Translations under genes and position numbers: made by a program
Part shown: positions 61,807 to 64,000 of the stretch, one piece after another
Layout: each line of letters opens with the position of its first letter
Position numbering within the stretch: the stretch's first letter is position 1
Source: a bacterium
GTDB lineage: Bacteria; Zhuqueibacterota; Zhuqueibacteria; Oceanimicrobiales; Oceanimicrobiaceae
Reading direction: 5' to 3'
DNA length: 64,000 bases
NCBI GenBank assembly: GCA_037446635.1
Contig: JBBIIG010000002.1
Span: forward strand, 128,001 to 192,000
Notes under the pieces: model-generated
The model's input: only the letters and a program-made list of their open reading frames with translations
Told to the model about the DNA's origin: nothing
Database searches by the model: none

Positions 61807-61836
61807 TTCAACACGATTGAAGTTGCCCGCGAAAGC

Positions 61837-62307
61837 TCAAACCAGCACCACGCCTTCGTGCCGCAGCAGCCACTCCTTGCGCCAAATGCCGCCGCCAAAT
61901 CCAATCAAGTCGCCGCTGCGGCCGATGACGCGGTGGCAGGGAATGATGATGGGAATGGGGTTGCGGCCGTTGGCGGCGCCCACCGCGCGCAGGGCTTTGC
62001 GGTCGCCTAACGCCTCGGCAATTTCCAAGTAGGAAGTGGTTTTGCCAAAGGGAATCTTCTGCAGGTGCTGCCACACCCGTTTCTGAAACTCCGTGCCCTT
62101 TGGGTTGAGCTTGAGCGAAAATTGCTGGCGGCGGCCCGCGAAGTATTCATCTAACTGCTGGAAGCAGACGGCAAAATCGGCCGCGGGTGTTTGGGATGGA
62201 ATTTCGGCGTCGTCCAAAAATTCGAGCGCGGTAATCGTTCCCGCTTCCCCGGTAATTTTTAGAACCCCGATGGGTGATTTGTAAAAAGCGCGGGGCTGTT
62301 TATTCAT
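61837..62307 (-). CDS. ogt: Methylated-DNA--protein-cysteine methyltransferase
   Basis: GTEFQ, RAVG and NPIPIIIPCHRV motifs; likely start MNKQ overlapping the upstream stop. Confidence 0.93.
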   Translation of the reverse strand: MNKQPRAFYKSPIGVLKITGEAGTITALEFLDDAEIPSQTPAADFAVCFQQLDEYFAGRRQQFSLKLNPKGTEFQKRVWQHLQKIPFGKTTSYLEIAEALGDRKALRAVGAANGRNPIPIIIPCHRVIGRSGDLIGFGGGIWRKEWLLRHEGVVLV

Positions 62308-63239
62308 AGCAGCGTCCGGTATAAAAAGATGGCCACGTACGCCTGCCACTCGCCCCAGTTTTTTGCCATTTCACGAACTTCTTCCACCGTGGGTTTTTGC
62401 ACCATTTTGAGTTGGCGCTGCAGGGCGTTGTGCAAGCCAATGTCTTCAAACGGAAATGCCGAGCGAAACCCGAGACAGCGCATGAGTACGTAACTGGCCG
62501 TCCACGAACCCACGCCGCGGATTTGCAGCAGCGCCTCGCGGGCGGCGCCGATGCTGTTCAATTCCAGCAAACGCTGTTTGGAAATGTGGCCGTCCCGCAT
62601 CAAGCGCGCGAGGTTGATGATGTAATCGGCTTTTTGCCGATTGAGCTGCAAGCGTAGTAAGTCGGCGGGATTTAAATCAGCAACAACCTCGGGCGTCGGA
62701 AAGAGCCAGTAGATTCCGCCATCGAACGTGAAGGCCTCGCCGAAATTTTCCACCAACCGCTGTTTCAACGTGTAGGCGAACCCAATGTTGATTTGCTGTC
62801 CGAGGATGGCCCAGCACAGCGCTTCGAACAAATCGGGAATTTTGATCAGCCGCAGTCCAAAATGGTTCGTAGTAAGCTGCTTCAGCAGCGCATCTTTGCG
62901 GGCCAAGCGATAGAAGGGCGAAAGGTCAGTATTGAGATCAAGCCAGTCGTTAACAAACTCAATGACCGCTGAGCGGGTTGCAGCCCGAACTGCTCGATTC
63001 ATGAAATTGATTTGCAGAAAGCCGGGCCGGCCGTTTCGCACTTCAAACAAAACCGGCATTCCGTTCACCTTGATAATTTTTCGAACCCCATCGTTTTGGA
63101 CGACGTGCATTCTTTCCTTGTCGGAGCGGGCCAAAAATCTCAGGCATTCGTGAAAACTGAATTCATGGGGGACGGCAAGCGCGGTTTGTGATATGTGCGG
63201 CGTGCGGGTTCGATTCGCAATCTCAGTTTCGCGGAACAT
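62304..63239 (-). CDS. alkA: AlkA-like DNA-3-methyladenine glycosylase
   Basis: FEAL..AILGQQI, FPTPE, IRGVGSWTA (HhH) and FPFED motifs. Confidence 0.85.
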   Translation of the reverse strand: MFRETEIANRTRTPHISQTALAVPHEFSFHECLRFLARSDKERMHVVQNDGVRKIIKVNGMPVLFEVRNGRPGFLQINFMNRAVRAATRSAVIEFVNDWLDLNTDLSPFYRLARKDALLKQLTTNHFGLRLIKIPDLFEALCWAILGQQINIGFAYTLKQRLVENFGEAFTFDGGIYWLFPTPEVVADLNPADLLRLQLNRQKADYIINLARLMRDGHISKQRLLELNSIGAAREALLQIRGVGSWTASYVLMRCLGFRSAFPFEDIGLHNALQRQLKMVQKPTVEEVREMAKNWGEWQAYVAIFLYRTLL

Positions 63240-63244
63240 GGGTT

Positions 63245-63273
63245 AATGTATAAAATTGATCCTTTGAAGTCAA
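63245..63273 (-). promoter_or_regulatory. Sigma70 promoter abutting the alkA start
   Basis: TTGACT-17 bp-TACATT; the -10 ends 5 nt before the ATG. Confidence 0.6.
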
Positions 63274-63327
63274 ATTCATTCTTTAGTTGAAAAAGTTCTG
63301 CAAAATTGTATATTCAGTTTCAGTCGC

Positions 63328-63482
63328 GGCTGTCCAAAATGCCCATTTGTCGCTGCCGCATGTTTTTAGCGGGAGTCTATTCCGCGAAGCGGATCGGCTT
63401 AGCCGAAAATTGCTGATTCTATGGATGCCCGCTAAAAGCAGGCGGGCATGACGTTCAACAAATACCGACTTTTTGGACAGCC
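63328..63482. mobile_element. MITE-like nested palindromic element
   Basis: Perfect 12-bp terminal inverted repeats GGCTGTCCAAAA/TTTTGGACAGCC enclosing an imperfect inverted pair at 63349-63379 and 63422-63452. Confidence 0.55.
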
Positions 63483-63520
63483 CCACCTTTAAGATGCTAA
63501 CACGAAATCTGATGAAGGAA

Positions 63521-64000
63521 ATGTCTATCGCTCCAACTACTGAACAATGGCGCGCACTCACGCCCGTGGAGCGGCTGAATTTTAGAGTGACGAATCGCCT
63601 CAATCGCTCTCCAATTCTGCGCCGCCCCATGACGCGCCTTCACGCAACATTTTATAAATGGTGGGTCGAGTTAGGAACCTCGCGGACTGTTTTGGATCAT
63701 GGGTTCGAGAATTTCCAGAAAATCGATCCCAGTCGCGGCGTCCTGCTGGTGGTCAACCACCGCACGTTTTACGATCAGTTTGTGATTGCGGCGCGGCTGT
63801 TCCGACTTTATGGCGCGCACCATCATATTTACTTTCCAATACGCTCGAACTTTTTTTATGATAACCCGCTCGGCCTTTTCATCAATATCCCGTTTTCGAT
63901 GGGCGTCATGTATCCGCCCATTGTCCGCGATGCCCGTCGCCGCCACTGGAACCAGTACGCCACGGATTTGATGGTGGAACTGCTACGCGATCCGCACAAC
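63521..64000 (+). CDS. PlsC-like lysophospholipid acyltransferase, N-terminal part (truncated at the edge)
   Basis: Own translation MSIAPTTEQW...VLLVVNHRTFYDQ (HX4D motif); frame open to the window end; in-frame ATGs also at 63494 and 63512. Confidence 0.8.
   Translation, partial: MSIAPTTEQWRALTPVERLNFRVTNRLNRSPILRRPMTRLHATFYKWWVELGTSRTVLDHGFENFQKIDPSRGVLLVVNHRTFYDQFVIAARLFRLYGAHHHIYFPIRSNFFYDNPLGLFINIPFSMGVMYPPIVRDARRRHWNQYATDLMVELLRDPHN

Noticed and set aside
63283..63946. Track ORFs 63283-63630, 63658-63861, 63671-63946 and 63786-63971
   Set aside because: They overlap the MITE-like element or the truncated acyltransferase frame, which carries the HX4D motif

Overview
Bacterial chromosomal window, mostly housekeeping genes: aspS, a phosphohexomutase, prmC/prfA/rpmE/rho, folC, eno/pyk, secDF, purA, rnhA, an NrnA-like DHH phosphoesterase, a polyprenyl synthase, apbE, rsfS, argS and ogt/alkA. 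A secretion-type C-terminal domain remnant, a CarboxypepD-type TonB receptor and the general gene style suggest an FCB-related lineage such as KSB1/Calditrichota (inference only). Accessory inserts are a RelE/ParE toxin-antitoxin pair between prfA and prmC, two AT-richer restriction-modification cassettes (one with a frameshifted PLD nuclease fused to a degenerate LAGLIDADG-like domain), pseudogene debris and several families of palindromic or short-period intergenic repeats. The best candidate for an undescribed system is a two-gene operon at 28936-33195. It encodes a signal-peptide-bearing dikinase with glucan-water-dikinase-like domain order (phospho-His swivel before a C-terminal ATP-grasp) and an exported SxxK/SxN/KTG beta-lactamase/PBP-fold protein. 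Other candidates are a permuted SpoIVB-like S55 protease paired with a beta-propeller protein, a small coiled-coil lipoprotein paired with a coiled-coil LysM protein, and a sigma54 promoter with a perfect 37-bp upstream palindrome. No rRNA, tRNA or CRISPR array was seen. All family calls come from motif recognition by eye; no searches were run.
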